Below, piece by piece: positions 49,899 through 58,954 of a DNA stretch of 58,954 nt (positions are counted from its first letter, which is position 1; each line of letters starts with the position of its first letter). A program made the position numbers and the translations under genes. The stretch is from a virus (taxonomy: Duplodnaviria; Caudoviricetes): IMG/VR virus record IMGVR_UViG_3300045253_000079, positions 1 through 58,954 of that record. One strand, 5' to 3'. The notes beneath the pieces are model-generated. The model did no database searches. It worked only from the letters and a program-made list of their open reading frames with translations, and had not been told where the DNA came from.

Positions 49899-51655
49899 GG
49901 CACCTGCGCAAGTTCAGCCGCTGTGGACGCCAGCGTGATCGAGTAGATAGGCACTGAGCCCGTCACTTCGACCTCGTACTCGTTCGCCTTGTACCCGCTG
50001 GGGAGCTTCCCGATCGCTTCGGAATTGACCGGGCACTCGTACACCAGTTTCTTGTCGGCATACACCCGGAACAGAACACAAGAGTACGCAGGGTCGTCCG
50101 TCTTGGCGTCGGTCGGGCCGTCGATCGCAGTAACCTCGTTGAGTCCGATCTCGTTGTTCCCGAGTGGATCGCCGATCGTGATGTCGGTCAGTGGGTAAAC
50201 GTCGGGGCGCCCCGCGTCCACTTTGTCGAACGCCCCGCGCAGCTGGAACACTCCGAAGTTTGCCGGCTTGGCGAGCTGAAACGGCTTCGACTTCCAGCTG
50301 TACTCATCCGAGTTGTTCGTATCCCCGTTCCACTCCAGCACGTCCGCACCGGCAAGCAGCAGCGTGCGGCCCGTGGTGAGATCCTGCGCAACTGCGGTAA
50401 CGTTCTGGTGCTGCACGTCGGTCCACGCTGTATTCGGGTCGTCGAACTGGAACGAGAACCCCAGCGTGTGGCTGTAGAAACCGAGATACCGGTTCTCGTA
50501 GAGCGCAGCCTTGATGTTCGCGGGCGAGAACAGATCCCACTCGTCCTTGGTCAGGAATGCTCGGGTGACCAGCGCGGCGCCGCTGCTATCCACCGAGATG
50601 AGACCCTCGGTCGATGCGAACAGAACCGCGCTCGACGACGACACCATGCTGTCGGCCGAAACGCACGGCGCCACTTTTTGGCCGAGGATCAAAGTCATCA
50701 GCGCGGGGTGTGATCCCACCGCTGCTGATACACGACCCTTGGTTGCGATCACCACCGTATTGCCGAAGCATCCGAGCGCCACAATGTCGTCCTGCACGGC
50801 GAGCTGGTAGTCCGGCGGCCACGCGTGCGGGTAGTACGGCTCGGAAAAATACAACGTCCGACCCTTGAACCCAGCGAGGAACCCGCCCGGCATGCTGATC
50901 ACGCCGTTGAGCTGGCTCGGCGGAAGGTCCCACGCCAGAGAGATCAACGCAGGCCGCGCGGAGATCACCGAGGCCAACTCGTTGTCGACGAACGTCGCCG
51001 GCACCGCACCGATCAGGAACTCGGCTGCCATGCGGTAATCAACTCCCGTGTCGCTGGTGATCGTGCGATACAAGCGCAGCTTGGTGATGTTCGGGTACTT
51101 CGTCGCATCGTAGATCAGAGAGTTGAGACCATTGACGCGCCATACACCATCCGCATTTCCCTCGACGAGGTTGGTAGCCGACGGTGCCGACTCCTCACCG
51201 TACTTCGACACCAGCGTGGTGAGGTAGACCCGCGTCTCTGCGGTTTCATCCGTGCCGCCGCTAGCCACCACCTGAAACAGATTGACGATCGGCGCGGGTA
51301 CGCCCGCAGCGACCGCAGCGGTGTTGCTCTGGATGTCCGCCTTGGTTGTGATCCAGAACCCGTCCTCGTTGCTGTAGTACAGCCGCCCAAACGCATCGTT
51401 GACCAGTGCGGACTCCACCGCATAGGTCTTGCGCTTGAAGCCGATGAACTTCTGCACGCCGTCTTGGAGGTAGCGATACACCGACTGCGGGCGCACGATG
51501 CTGAGCGTTGCAAGCCACTTGGGCTTCCACCACGCGCGCAGCTCACCCGACGACAGCCGCGTGTTGACCGCCTGCTGGGCAGCCGTGTCCGGCAGCAGGC
51601 GAGGAACCAGCCGTGGAATACGTCCACCAAAGGTAGCGATGCGAAGGACCGTCAT
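49895..51655 (-). CDS. tail tubular/stabilisation (nozzle-like) protein
   Basis: FGGRIPRL.P.LLP..AAQ.A.N, YFSEPY.PHAWP, YSWKSK.F motifs. Confidence 0.75.
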   Translation of the reverse strand: MTVLRIATFGGRIPRLVPRLLPDTAAQQAVNTRLSSGELRAWWKPKWLATLSIVRPQSVYRYLQDGVQKFIGFKRKTYAVESALVNDAFGRLYYSNEDGFWITTKADIQSNTAAVAAGVPAPIVNLFQVVASGGTDETAETRVYLTTLVSKYGEESAPSATNLVEGNADGVWRVNGLNSLIYDATKYPNITKLRLYRTITSDTGVDYRMAAEFLIGAVPATFVDNELASVISARPALISLAWDLPPSQLNGVISMPGGFLAGFKGRTLYFSEPYYPHAWPPDYQLAVQDDIVALGCFGNTVVIATKGRVSAAVGSHPALMTLILGQKVAPCVSADSMVSSSSAVLFASTEGLISVDSSGAALVTRAFLTKDEWDLFSPANIKAALYENRYLGFYSHTLGFSFQFDDPNTAWTDVQHQNVTAVAQDLTTGRTLLLAGADVLEWNGDTNNSDEYSWKSKPFQLAKPANFGVFQLRGAFDKVDAGRPDVYPLTDITIGDPLGNNEIGLNEVTAIDGPTDAKTDDPAYSCVLFRVYADKKLVYECPVNSEAIGKLPSGYKANEYEVEVTGSVPIYSITLASTAAELAQVP

Positions 51656-52266
51656 ACAGGCTCGAACCGGCTGCGTGGACCGATGTCAACGCCACCGTTG
51701 CGGCCGGTCACTCCGATCGGATACGCAACGCCCCATGTAACAACACTCAGGCTGACCAAGGCGGTGGCGATCGGCGCGGATCCACCCACAGGGCGGATGT
51801 CGATCTGCAGCGAGATCGACACCGCGGCGTTGCGCAGCGCCGTGCCGTCGATCTCCCAACCGCGCGCAGAGCTCAATGCCAGCCAACTACCCAATGCCGA
51901 GCCCGCAACAGTTGCCACCCCACCCACGACACTCGCCTTGATCTCGAACCCGTCGCCGACCGTGGTATCCGTCGGGTCGTACCAGTTGCCCGTATCGGCT
52001 GTGGCAAGGATCGTGGTGTCCGTGAACGAGCCCAACGAGCTGCCGTTGCGGTTGAAGTCGATCCGCGCGATCGGCGTATCCGGGTCGTTCGCAACGCCGC
52101 GCACAGTGACGGGTACGAGCTCCACGGTGCCTGCTGAGAAGTACAGCTTCCACGCACCGCCGACACCAATCCAGCGCCCGATAACCCGCTTCCAGCCGCC
52201 ACTACGCCCCACCCAGCAGGCTTTGACCGCTTTCCATGTGGCAACGGGGCTGACCGAGAAGGGCAT
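51652..52266 (-). CDS. tail fibre-associated protein
   Basis: Trp-periodic N-terminus (WK.V...WVG..G.WK). Confidence 0.55.
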   Translation of the reverse strand: MPFSVSPVATWKAVKACWVGRSGGWKRVIGRWIGVGGAWKLYFSAGTVELVPVTVRGVANDPDTPIARIDFNRNGSSLGSFTDTTILATADTGNWYDPTDTTVGDGFEIKASVVGGVATVAGSALGSWLALSSARGWEIDGTALRNAAVSISLQIDIRPVGGSAPIATALVSLSVVTWGVAYPIGVTGRNGGVDIGPRSRFEPV

Positions 52267-52269
52267 GGG

Positions 52270-53163
52270 TCAGGCCGCGTGCTGGATCCACTCATCGCCT
52301 TCCCCCGGCGTACCGCTCGGCGGGCTGGTCGACAGAGTGAGTTTGCCGCGGAGCGCGCCGCCTTGGATCAGGAGGGTCTCCGTGATCTCGACGGTCGTCG
52401 CTGAGATGTCGTCGCCCACCAGATTGCCGGTGACGTTCACGTTGTTTGCTTGGATCGTCCCGCCGAACGTCGCGGTGCCTGAGAACGTAGGCGCAGCCTT
52501 GGTCGCGTACGCCGTCAGGTCGATGATCGACGCATCGAAGTTCGCCGCCGGCAGCTTGCCAGCTGTGTCCAGTGGTGCAACACCCTTCACCGAGCCCACC
52601 GTCACCGCGCCGATCTGCGTCTTGGGGATGTAGACCGCATCGGCTGCGGTCGTTGTCAGCAGCGAGCTGGGCAGGTTCGTAAACTGCACTTTCGCCGCAC
52701 CATCGAGCGCAGGGTAGCCCGAGGGGTTGCCTGCCGACGACAGCCGCACGTAGCGCCCATCACCCGAGGTCTGGGTGATCACGCCTGCGGGTAGGTACGC
52801 CAACGGCACCAGCGAGCTCCCATCGAGCGGCGCGAACCCACCGGGGATGCCAACCTGCGAAGCGAACGACATGCGCCGCAAAGTCTCGGCGTTCGTGCGG
52901 TGGTCCACCGTAGAACCGTTGGGGAAGCTCTTGGCCGCGGTCCCGTCCTGCCCGCGGGTCACGGTGAGCACGTCCGTGCTGCGCGCCGTCACTTCGACGA
53001 TCTCGACATTGCCGAGGGAGTCGACCAGCGTGACGAAGAACGTGTCTGAACCGGAGATGGTCGGGAACCGCGCGCCCGTACCGGTAGCCAAGTAGAGCTG
53101 CGTATCGCCCACCAAGGCAGGGATCCGGAGCGTTGAACTGGCGTTGTTCGCAAAGAGCAGCAT
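52270..53163 (-). CDS. short tail fibre protein
   Basis: FANNA.STL, EIV.VTAR..D.LTV.RGQDGT, three repeats of G.(A/P).LD...KV/LP. Confidence 0.7.
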   Translation of the reverse strand: MLLFANNASSTLRIPALVGDTQLYLATGTGARFPTISGSDTFFVTLVDSLGNVEIVEVTARSTDVLTVTRGQDGTAAKSFPNGSTVDHRTNAETLRRMSFASQVGIPGGFAPLDGSSLVPLAYLPAGVITQTSGDGRYVRLSSAGNPSGYPALDGAAKVQFTNLPSSLLTTTAADAVYIPKTQIGAVTVGSVKGVAPLDTAGKLPAANFDASIIDLTAYATKAAPTFSGTATFGGTIQANNVNVTGNLVGDDISATTVEITETLLIQGGALRGKLTLSTSPPSGTPGEGDEWIQHAA

Positions 53164-53165
53164 GA

Positions 53166-53792
53166 TCAGACTCCAAACCGGCAAGGTGCCCGGAACGTGC
53201 TCTGGTTGGGTTGGCCGCCATCGCGCAACTTGCCGCGCGTGTCGCGGATCGCCTTGCCGAACGCTCCGCCGTAGACCTGCGCGGAGTCCATCTTGCTCCA
53301 CGGCTTGCCGGGCATCGCCATCATGGCGCCCATCACGCCGTTTGCAATCGCTTCGGCGTGCTCGGAGTGGACCTCCTCGGGATACGTGCGCAACGAACCG
53401 TCGATCGGCAGGGTGATCACCGCGGTGAGCGAGATCGGGTAAATCGCATCAGGGACGGGGTAGAGCACCAGCAGGCGCGGGATCAGCGAGTACCATCCAC
53501 GAGGTGGTCCCGGAACTGCGTTCGGATCGCGCAGTTGTTCGGGCGCCGGGTCGATCTTGTTGCCTTGCGCCTTGACCAGCAGGGTGGAGCTCACCTCGCC
53601 AGCGGTCGGAGTCAGGCTATACGTATCGGCGCCGATCGTAGTGTTGAACGCGAAGGTCTCGCGCCAGACCGTGGTGCGCTTGAAGAACTCCCGGAGCGCC
53701 TTGCAGATCTGCAGGTCGACGATCGCCTGCTCCGCGCCGGGCAGGTAGGGCAGGATCAGGTCGTAGAGGTCCTCGAAGGTCTTGTTCGCCAT
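53166..53792 (-). CDS. head-tail adaptor/tail tubular protein A-like
   Basis: LPYLPG, REFF.RT.VWRE, L.LYPVPD, PGKPWS. Confidence 0.65.
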   Translation of the reverse strand: MANKTFEDLYDLILPYLPGAEQAIVDLQICKALREFFKRTTVWRETFAFNTTIGADTYSLTPTAGEVSSTLLVKAQGNKIDPAPEQLRDPNAVPGPPRGWYSLIPRLLVLYPVPDAIYPISLTAVITLPIDGSLRTYPEEVHSEHAEAIANGVMGAMMAMPGKPWSKMDSAQVYGGAFGKAIRDTRGKLRDGGQPNQSTFRAPCRFGV

Positions 53793-53793
53793 G

Positions 53794-54129
53794 TCACCCT
53801 CCGACCAGCTTCGCGCGGTAGGTCTCGACCAGCGCCTGTGCTCGACCCGCTACAGCGTACTCATCGTCGCGCATCTCGGCCCGGCCCGCAACGTAGAACA
53901 CGACGGCGGGGTAGAACTGGTCAGGGAGCGGGAAGTCATTCCCTTTGTCAGTGACCACCACCAGCGGCTGACCAAACCGACGCACGAACAGATCAGGGCG
54001 CACCGAGCGCGCTTCCAGCATGGCATCGTTGATGTACCGCAGCAGGTCAGCGTCGAGGTAGCGACCGCCCGCCGCGTCCTGCAGGATGTCGCGAACCCCC
54101 ACGAACACGTCGTTGACGATTCGCGACAT
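53794..54129 (-). CDS. adaptor-like virion protein
   Basis: VRDILQD...RY.DADLL.YINDA...RPDLF. Confidence 0.6.
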   Translation of the reverse strand: MSRIVNDVFVGVRDILQDAAGGRYLDADLLRYINDAMLEARSVRPDLFVRRFGQPLVVVTDKGNDFPLPDQFYPAVVFYVAGRAEMRDDEYAVAGRAQALVETYRAKLVGG

Positions 54130-54141
54130 TGCAAGCTCCTA

Positions 54142-54522
54142 TCAGGAGGCGGACAGCCCCGGCGGCAGGGGCGGGAGCGGCGGGATCGCAGCGGCGGCCT
54201 TCGCAGCCTTGGTGGGCGCCGGGGGAGGAGCAACCGGGATCGCCTGCGCCGCCACGGGCTCGTCGTCGTCCACCAACTTGAGCGACCGCGGCGTGGCAAC
54301 CACCGCTGGCGCTGCGTTGAAGTCGATGTCGCCGCTGTTCACCGACGTGCGGTCGCCAGCGAGGTAATTCTGCTTCTCGGCGCTGTTCGCCGGTCGCCAT
54401 TCCTTCGGGTTGTCGTCCTCGTAGCCCGGCAGCCCGGTCATGGCCGGGTACACGTGCAGGTTTTCGTTCGAGACGTAGTGCGAATGCTTGGGCTTGCGGT
54501 CTTTCAGGCTATCGTCGTACAT
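54142..54522 (-). CDS. hypothetical protein
   Basis: GAGG SD; follows the capsid terminator. Confidence 0.6.
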   Translation of the reverse strand: MYDDSLKDRKPKHSHYVSNENLHVYPAMTGLPGYEDDNPKEWRPANSAEKQNYLAGDRTSVNSGDIDFNAAPAVVATPRSLKLVDDDEPVAAQAIPVAPPPAPTKAAKAAAAIPPLPPLPPGLSAS

Positions 54523-54541
54523 GGTCGTGGCCTCGGGTTAG

Positions 54542-54575
54542 AAAAAAGCCTCGCTGGGTGGCCCAGCGAGGCTTT
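54542..54575 (-). terminator. intrinsic terminator after the major capsid gene
   Basis: GCCTCGCTGGG/CCCAGCGAGGC stem plus six U on the minus strand. Confidence 0.85.
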
Positions 54576-54600
54576 ACGGTAGCACGGCTGCGAGCCCGGA

Positions 54601-55515
54601 TCAGCCCTTGATGACGACGCCCTCGGTGATCAGCGTCGGCTGGACCACCTTGCGGCCGTAGACCATCAGGCCGCGCATCAGGTCACCGAAGGTGGTCTGG
54701 GCGCGCAGCGATTCGGTCTTGGTCAGCTGGGTGGCGAACGTGAGCGCCTTCGGGAGCATGGCGAACACGTACTGAGCACCGCTGGTCGTCGGCAGCAGGT
54801 TCGAGACGTAGAGCTCGAAGCGGTCGATGACGCCGAGGCGGCCGTTGCGCAGCACCGACACCGAGTCGCCCGTGATCGCGGCGTCCTTGAGGTCGGATTT
54901 CTTGATCATCGCGGCCATCCACGCCGGGATCACCAGCTTGCGGCCGGTCTCCGGGCAGCTGTTCTCGTCGAGGACCAGACCGTGGTCGACGATGTAGTCG
55001 AGCACGTTGGTCTTGTCGATCACGAACGGGGTGCCCGAGATGCCGAGATTGCTGTCGGTGATGCGGCCGGCGGTCGCGCCGCGGTTGTTCGCATCCGCCT
55101 TGCCGACCAGATACGCGAGCACCTCGGTGTCGACGGTGATCTTGAGCTGCTCGGAGGCGTTCTCGGACCACGGCCCCATCATCTTGAACATGGACTGGAC
55201 GTCTTGCACGTCGTCCATCTGGAGGCCCCAGTACTTGCCTTGGTCGATCAGCAGGTCGATCACCGCCGAGGCGGGGGTCTGGTAGGTGAGCGTGTCGCCC
55301 ATCCGGTAGTTGCTGATCGTGATGTCCGGGATCTTGTTGATCCGGACGGTATCGCCCATGCCCTTGATCTCGCCCTCGTAATCGGTCGTCGAGATGGCCG
55401 TGAGGACCGTGGCGTCGTAAAAACGCTCCAAGAGTTTCTTGGACCACAGCATCGGAATCAGCTTGCCCGAATGATCCGGGTAAGCCGGGGAGTCATTCAG
55501 CGGGTAAACGGCCAT
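54601..55515 (-). CDS. major capsid protein
   Basis: IP.LWS.KLL, DYEGEI..GDTVRI, L.IDQ, GL.VYGRKVV.P; follows the scaffold and precedes a terminator. Confidence 0.88.
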   Translation of the reverse strand: MAVYPLNDSPAYPDHSGKLIPMLWSKKLLERFYDATVLTAISTTDYEGEIKGMGDTVRINKIPDITISNYRMGDTLTYQTPASAVIDLLIDQGKYWGLQMDDVQDVQSMFKMMGPWSENASEQLKITVDTEVLAYLVGKADANNRGATAGRITDSNLGISGTPFVIDKTNVLDYIVDHGLVLDENSCPETGRKLVIPAWMAAMIKKSDLKDAAITGDSVSVLRNGRLGVIDRFELYVSNLLPTTSGAQYVFAMLPKALTFATQLTKTESLRAQTTFGDLMRGLMVYGRKVVQPTLITEGVVIKG

Positions 55516-55542
55516 GGCACAGTCCTCGGGTCAGTATGCGGG

Positions 55543-56550
55543 TCAGGTCTGGACTCGACCCTCCATCACCGCTTGGGTGATCTCGGCTTCGAGCTTTTTG
55601 AAATCGGCTTCTGGGATGCGACGTGCCATCTTGTCTGCGTACACCTTGTCGATCTCAGCCTGCGTCCAGATCCGACCGCCGCGCGGGTTCGCCGCGGGGG
55701 CAGGAGACGATGCCGGGGTGGGAGCGACGAGAGACGCGGGGTCGATGTGCGAGGGGGCAAGAGCTGCGGGTGCCGGGGTAGCCGGGGCCGGGCTTGCCGA
55801 TGCTGCGATGTAATCCTTGAAGAACTTCGAGACCTGATCCGCATTGCCCGACTGGTGGGCGGCGACGAGCAGCTCGTGGAAGGATTTCCCGCTATATACC
55901 TCACATTGGCGCAGCCAGTCAACAAACTTCGGATCGTCGTTGATCGCCTGCCAGTTCGGCACGATGCGCGAGAGCTTCTCAAAGTACGTTTCCGCGCGCA
56001 GCTCCTCGCTGGTCTTGGTCGCCTGCGCCGCGGTATTGGTCGCCTGCTGCAGTCGCAGCTCCAGCGCCGACAGCCGGTTCGCGATCTGGGTGAGCGAGTC
56101 GCCCAGCAGGTCGCGCGTGGCGCGGTGCACGAAGTCGATCATGTCGCGGCCGAAGTCCGTCTCGTCGGCCGGCGTGAGATATCGGGTCGGAGCAGGAGCC
56201 GGTGCTGGCGCATGCTGCGGCTGCGCAAGGCGGCGCTCGGTTTCGAGCAGCTGGCGGCGCAGCTCGAGGTTCTCGGTGTTGTTCGCGGTGACGCGCCCCT
56301 CCATCGTCGTCAGACGCTGCTGGAGCAGCGCCAGCTCGCTGGCTGGGTTGGTCGGCTGCGCAGTCGGCGCAGGAGCGGGGGCTGGTGCGGGAGCCGGTGC
56401 AGGTGCAGGAGCTGGCGGCGGCACGACGGCAGCGGGTGCCATCGGGTTGGGTGCTGGTGCAGGCGGTGCGCCGAGCAGTTCCTGCTGGATGCGTTGCAGT
56501 TCGACATCAGCTTCGGCGGCTTCGCGACGCACTTGTTCAAGGGTTGCCAT
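55543..56550 (-). CDS. capsid scaffolding protein
   Basis: Coiled coil with (AP)n linkers, VPNWQAINDDPKF.DWL, C-terminal EGRV; directly upstream of the capsid gene. Confidence 0.75.
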   Translation of the reverse strand: MATLEQVRREAAEADVELQRIQQELLGAPPAPAPNPMAPAAVVPPPAPAPAPAPAPAPAPAPTAQPTNPASELALLQQRLTTMEGRVTANNTENLELRRQLLETERRLAQPQHAPAPAPAPTRYLTPADETDFGRDMIDFVHRATRDLLGDSLTQIANRLSALELRLQQATNTAAQATKTSEELRAETYFEKLSRIVPNWQAINDDPKFVDWLRQCEVYSGKSFHELLVAAHQSGNADQVSKFFKDYIAASASPAPATPAPAALAPSHIDPASLVAPTPASSPAPAANPRGGRIWTQAEIDKVYADKMARRIPEADFKKLEAEITQAVMEGRVQT

Positions 56551-56552
56551 TT

Positions 56553-56765
56553 TTATTCCTTCCGAGTTAGGAGTTTGAGGGTGGTGCGCATCTGCTGGGC
56601 GCGTCCTTGCAATTTCGTCGGCTCCGTTTCATCGACGATGATCTCCTTTACGTGGTCGTACTCCCGCTGCAGGAATGCAACAAGCAGCTGGAAGTCCGCG
56701 TTGTGCGACAAGCGCTCGATGCCCTCGCTCAGACGGGCGTCGGGACGCGGGCGAAGCTCTGCCAT
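56553..56765 (-). CDS. small conserved protein between portal and scaffold
   Basis: 70 aa with LQGRAQ motif; starts 1 nt after the portal stop. Confidence 0.65.
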   Translation of the reverse strand: MAELRPRPDARLSEGIERLSHNADFQLLVAFLQREYDHVKEIIVDETEPTKLQGRAQQMRTTLKLLTRKE

Positions 56766-56766
56766 A

Positions 56767-58881
56767 TCAGGGTCCGGGGTTGTTGGTCTGCGGGCGTGCG
56801 ATGCCCTGCGTCGGCTGCGCGCTCGGCGCCGACCCGTTCGGCGAAGGCGGCTGCTGCCCCGGCTGTCCGCCTTGGCGCTGCGGCGGACCCGGAGGCCCAC
56901 CTTGCCCCGGCTGCGGTGGCGGTGCAAGCATATTCCCCAGCAGGCGCTGCTGGATCTGCTTGATCGTATCCTCGGAGACCGACATTGTGTCGGAGAGCGG
57001 CATCTGCAGGTCGCGCGCGATTTCCTTGAGGATGTTGTAGCGACCGTCGAGCCCGGTGAGCTGCTGGTCGACCGGGTTGTTCGTGATGTTGAGGAACTCC
57101 AGCCGGCGCATGCGCATCGTCTCGCGCTGCATCAGCTCAGCTGCGCCGCGCGCCTGCACGCTGATATCGCCGGCCATCACGATGTCGGGGCGGGTCAGGG
57201 CGAGGTACACGTTGAGATGCTCGATCACCTGCTCGACCACGTTCGTGTCGATCGAGGTCACGGTCTGCTTGATCGTTCGGTTCGCTGCTTCCATCAGCAT
57301 CGACAGGCCGGCGGCGGTGCGGCCGGCGGTGCCGATGCCTTGCGAGTTTCCCTGCATGTAACGCGGCAGCGTGGTGATCTCGTCAGCCATGTTGAGCATC
57401 TGCTCGTACACAGCGAACAGCTTCTCGACGTTCGCATCGGGCTGGAAGAACTCCATGGGCTTTTCGGAGTTCGAGGAGGTCTGCGGATCGGTGAACCGGA
57501 AGATCTTCCACGGCCAGATCTTGCCGGGGTTCGCCTCGTTCGGCGCAATGCGGTCCTCGTTGATCCAGCCCATCGGGCCAGATGCCATCGACAGGTTGTT
57601 CACCAGCGCACGCAGCGCGGCGTTGCCCACCGACTGCACGTCGTTGATCAGACCGGGGATCGCGTTGCCGTACACACTGCCGGGCACGCGCTCGAAGCTG
57701 TCGCCGTAGAACGGAGTGAGTCCCTGCGGGTGGGGGTTGAGTGTGACGCCGATCACTTCGTTCCCGATCAGGTACGCGAACACGTTGACATCTTCGGAGT
57801 CCGCCGGCAACGCGTCGCGCTTCATCCCCCAGTCGAGCAGCGTGTCCACACTCACCGAGCCGTAGAACGACAGCATGGGCTGCGGACGATCGGAGGCGCG
57901 TGAGCTGTATGTCGGGTTTGTCTGCGACTCGCGCTGCTCCAGCAGCGCACGATCGGTCTCGATGTAGTCGTACCACTCGGTGTTGAGCGTGTCCCAGCTC
58001 GCCAACACCCGGTTGATCGCGTCCTTGTTGTAGCTCTGCAAGCCGATCAGCGACTGCACCGTGCGGCGCGTGACGCGCTCGCGGTGGATGATGTAGCCGT
58101 CTTGGAAACTCTGCGCCCACGGCGCGAAGTAAACGTCGAACGGCGAGCAGCGCACCCAGTGCGGAACCGGCTTGCGGACCACGCTCGGCTTGCCGTTCTC
58201 CCACGCGAGCACCGGCTTGTTCCGGATCACCGGACCCTTGATGACGGCGTAGGGGAACGCCGCGATGTCGCCGAGGAACTCCCACAGCGCGGTGTAGAAC
58301 CCGCCTTCCCACAGCATGTCGTCGAGCGAGTTCTCGCGCGTACGTAGTGCAGCCTTCGCCTGTTTCTTCCGATGTTCGAGCACCAACTCGCGCAGGTCGA
58401 TCTGGCGCTGGGTGATCTGGTCCGGGGTCGGCGGCGTGCCCGCGGCAGCCGCTTCGGCGACCTCCGCATTGAGCTGGGTGGTCACCACCGAGTTGATGTC
58501 CGGGCCGGGCAGGTCCGGGTCTGGTGTCGGGTTCAACGCCCATGGGCGATCGCTCGCCGTGTAGATCTCGCGCAGCAGCGCCGAGGTGCCGCGCACCTTG
58601 GATGCCGTAATGCGCGCGTAGACCTTCGACCCGCCGAACTGGTTGATGTCGTTGAGCGTGTTCTGATCGTACTCGCCGCGTACCGCGCGCAGCGCATCGA
58701 GCATGGACTCCTCGATGTTGTGCAGCCGGCGCGCATCGCGCGATCCGATGAAGCACTCCCTCACATACTTCGCCAGCGCATCTCGCATCACACCGTCGTT
58801 GGCGGCCGGGCCGACGGGGGAAACCGTGGGGGGCGGGGGCGGGGGTCCGAAGTCGGCCCGAAGCAGCGGGATTGCGGACAC
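56767..58881 (-). CDS. portal protein
   Basis: GTG 58881 with GGAGAG SD; VIKGP, SPFDVY, NAALRALVNN..MASGP, RTAAGLSMLM motifs. Confidence 0.88.
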   Translation of the reverse strand: MSAIPLLRADFGPPPPPPTVSPVGPAANDGVMRDALAKYVRECFIGSRDARRLHNIEESMLDALRAVRGEYDQNTLNDINQFGGSKVYARITASKVRGTSALLREIYTASDRPWALNPTPDPDLPGPDINSVVTTQLNAEVAEAAAAGTPPTPDQITQRQIDLRELVLEHRKKQAKAALRTRENSLDDMLWEGGFYTALWEFLGDIAAFPYAVIKGPVIRNKPVLAWENGKPSVVRKPVPHWVRCSPFDVYFAPWAQSFQDGYIIHRERVTRRTVQSLIGLQSYNKDAINRVLASWDTLNTEWYDYIETDRALLEQRESQTNPTYSSRASDRPQPMLSFYGSVSVDTLLDWGMKRDALPADSEDVNVFAYLIGNEVIGVTLNPHPQGLTPFYGDSFERVPGSVYGNAIPGLINDVQSVGNAALRALVNNLSMASGPMGWINEDRIAPNEANPGKIWPWKIFRFTDPQTSSNSEKPMEFFQPDANVEKLFAVYEQMLNMADEITTLPRYMQGNSQGIGTAGRTAAGLSMLMEAANRTIKQTVTSIDTNVVEQVIEHLNVYLALTRPDIVMAGDISVQARGAAELMQRETMRMRRLEFLNITNNPVDQQLTGLDGRYNILKEIARDLQMPLSDTMSVSEDTIKQIQQRLLGNMLAPPPQPGQGGPPGPPQRQGGQPGQQPPSPNGSAPSAQPTQGIARPQTNNPGP

Positions 58882-58954
58882 GGGACTCTCCGGGCGGCAC
58901 GAGGGTGGTGTATAAGCTACTCGCACAGACCCGGTTGAGACAACCATGGAACCT
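58828..58954. repeat. second copy of the 127-bp terminal repeat
   Basis: Identical to 1-127. Confidence 0.95.

Noticed and set aside
54982-57903. 973-aa plus-strand ORF (also 50825-52633)
   Set aside because: Antisense shadows of the capsid, scaffold, portal and tail genes.
119-58881. Genome-wide reassignment of TAA or TAG
   Set aside because: Conserved genes are intact in the standard code, and TAA/TAG stops coincide with gene overlaps, SD sites and terminators.

Overview
The window looks like one complete, circularly assembled genome of a GC-rich tailed dsDNA phage with a podovirus-like gene set. The unique length is about 58,827 bp, because bases 1-127 repeat exactly at 58828-58954. Layout: terminase genes on + (119-2021); a minus-strand tail-fibre and lysis block (2022-9471); a tRNA gene and a non-coding control region with an AT-rich origin-like segment (about 9.7-12.2 kb); a plus-strand early/accessory arm of small genes with a MoxR-type AAA ATPase and a vWA-metallopeptidase (12.3-25.9 kb); a replication block with PolA, PD-(D/E)XK nuclease, VRR-NUC, SNF2 helicase, SSB-like protein and primase-helicase (25.9-36.2 kb); and a minus-strand virion block with portal, scaffold, capsid, tail tube and ejection proteins, including a 2584-aa protein (36.3-58.9 kb). 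I could not recognise an integrase or CI-type repressor. The most unusual signals are: (1) a Leu-bodied tRNA with anticodon UUA (ochre suppressor), plus a second tRNA-like gene with an Ala G3:U70 acceptor and an 8-nt anticodon loop; (2) ten copies of the 17-bp palindrome GTTATGCCNGGCATAAC in the early arm, often followed by AACCATGA; (3) a tandem array of 4-5 divergent paralogous CxxH/CxxC proteins; (4) two face-to-face consensus sigma-54 sites. All product calls come from motif recognition by eye; no database searches were run.
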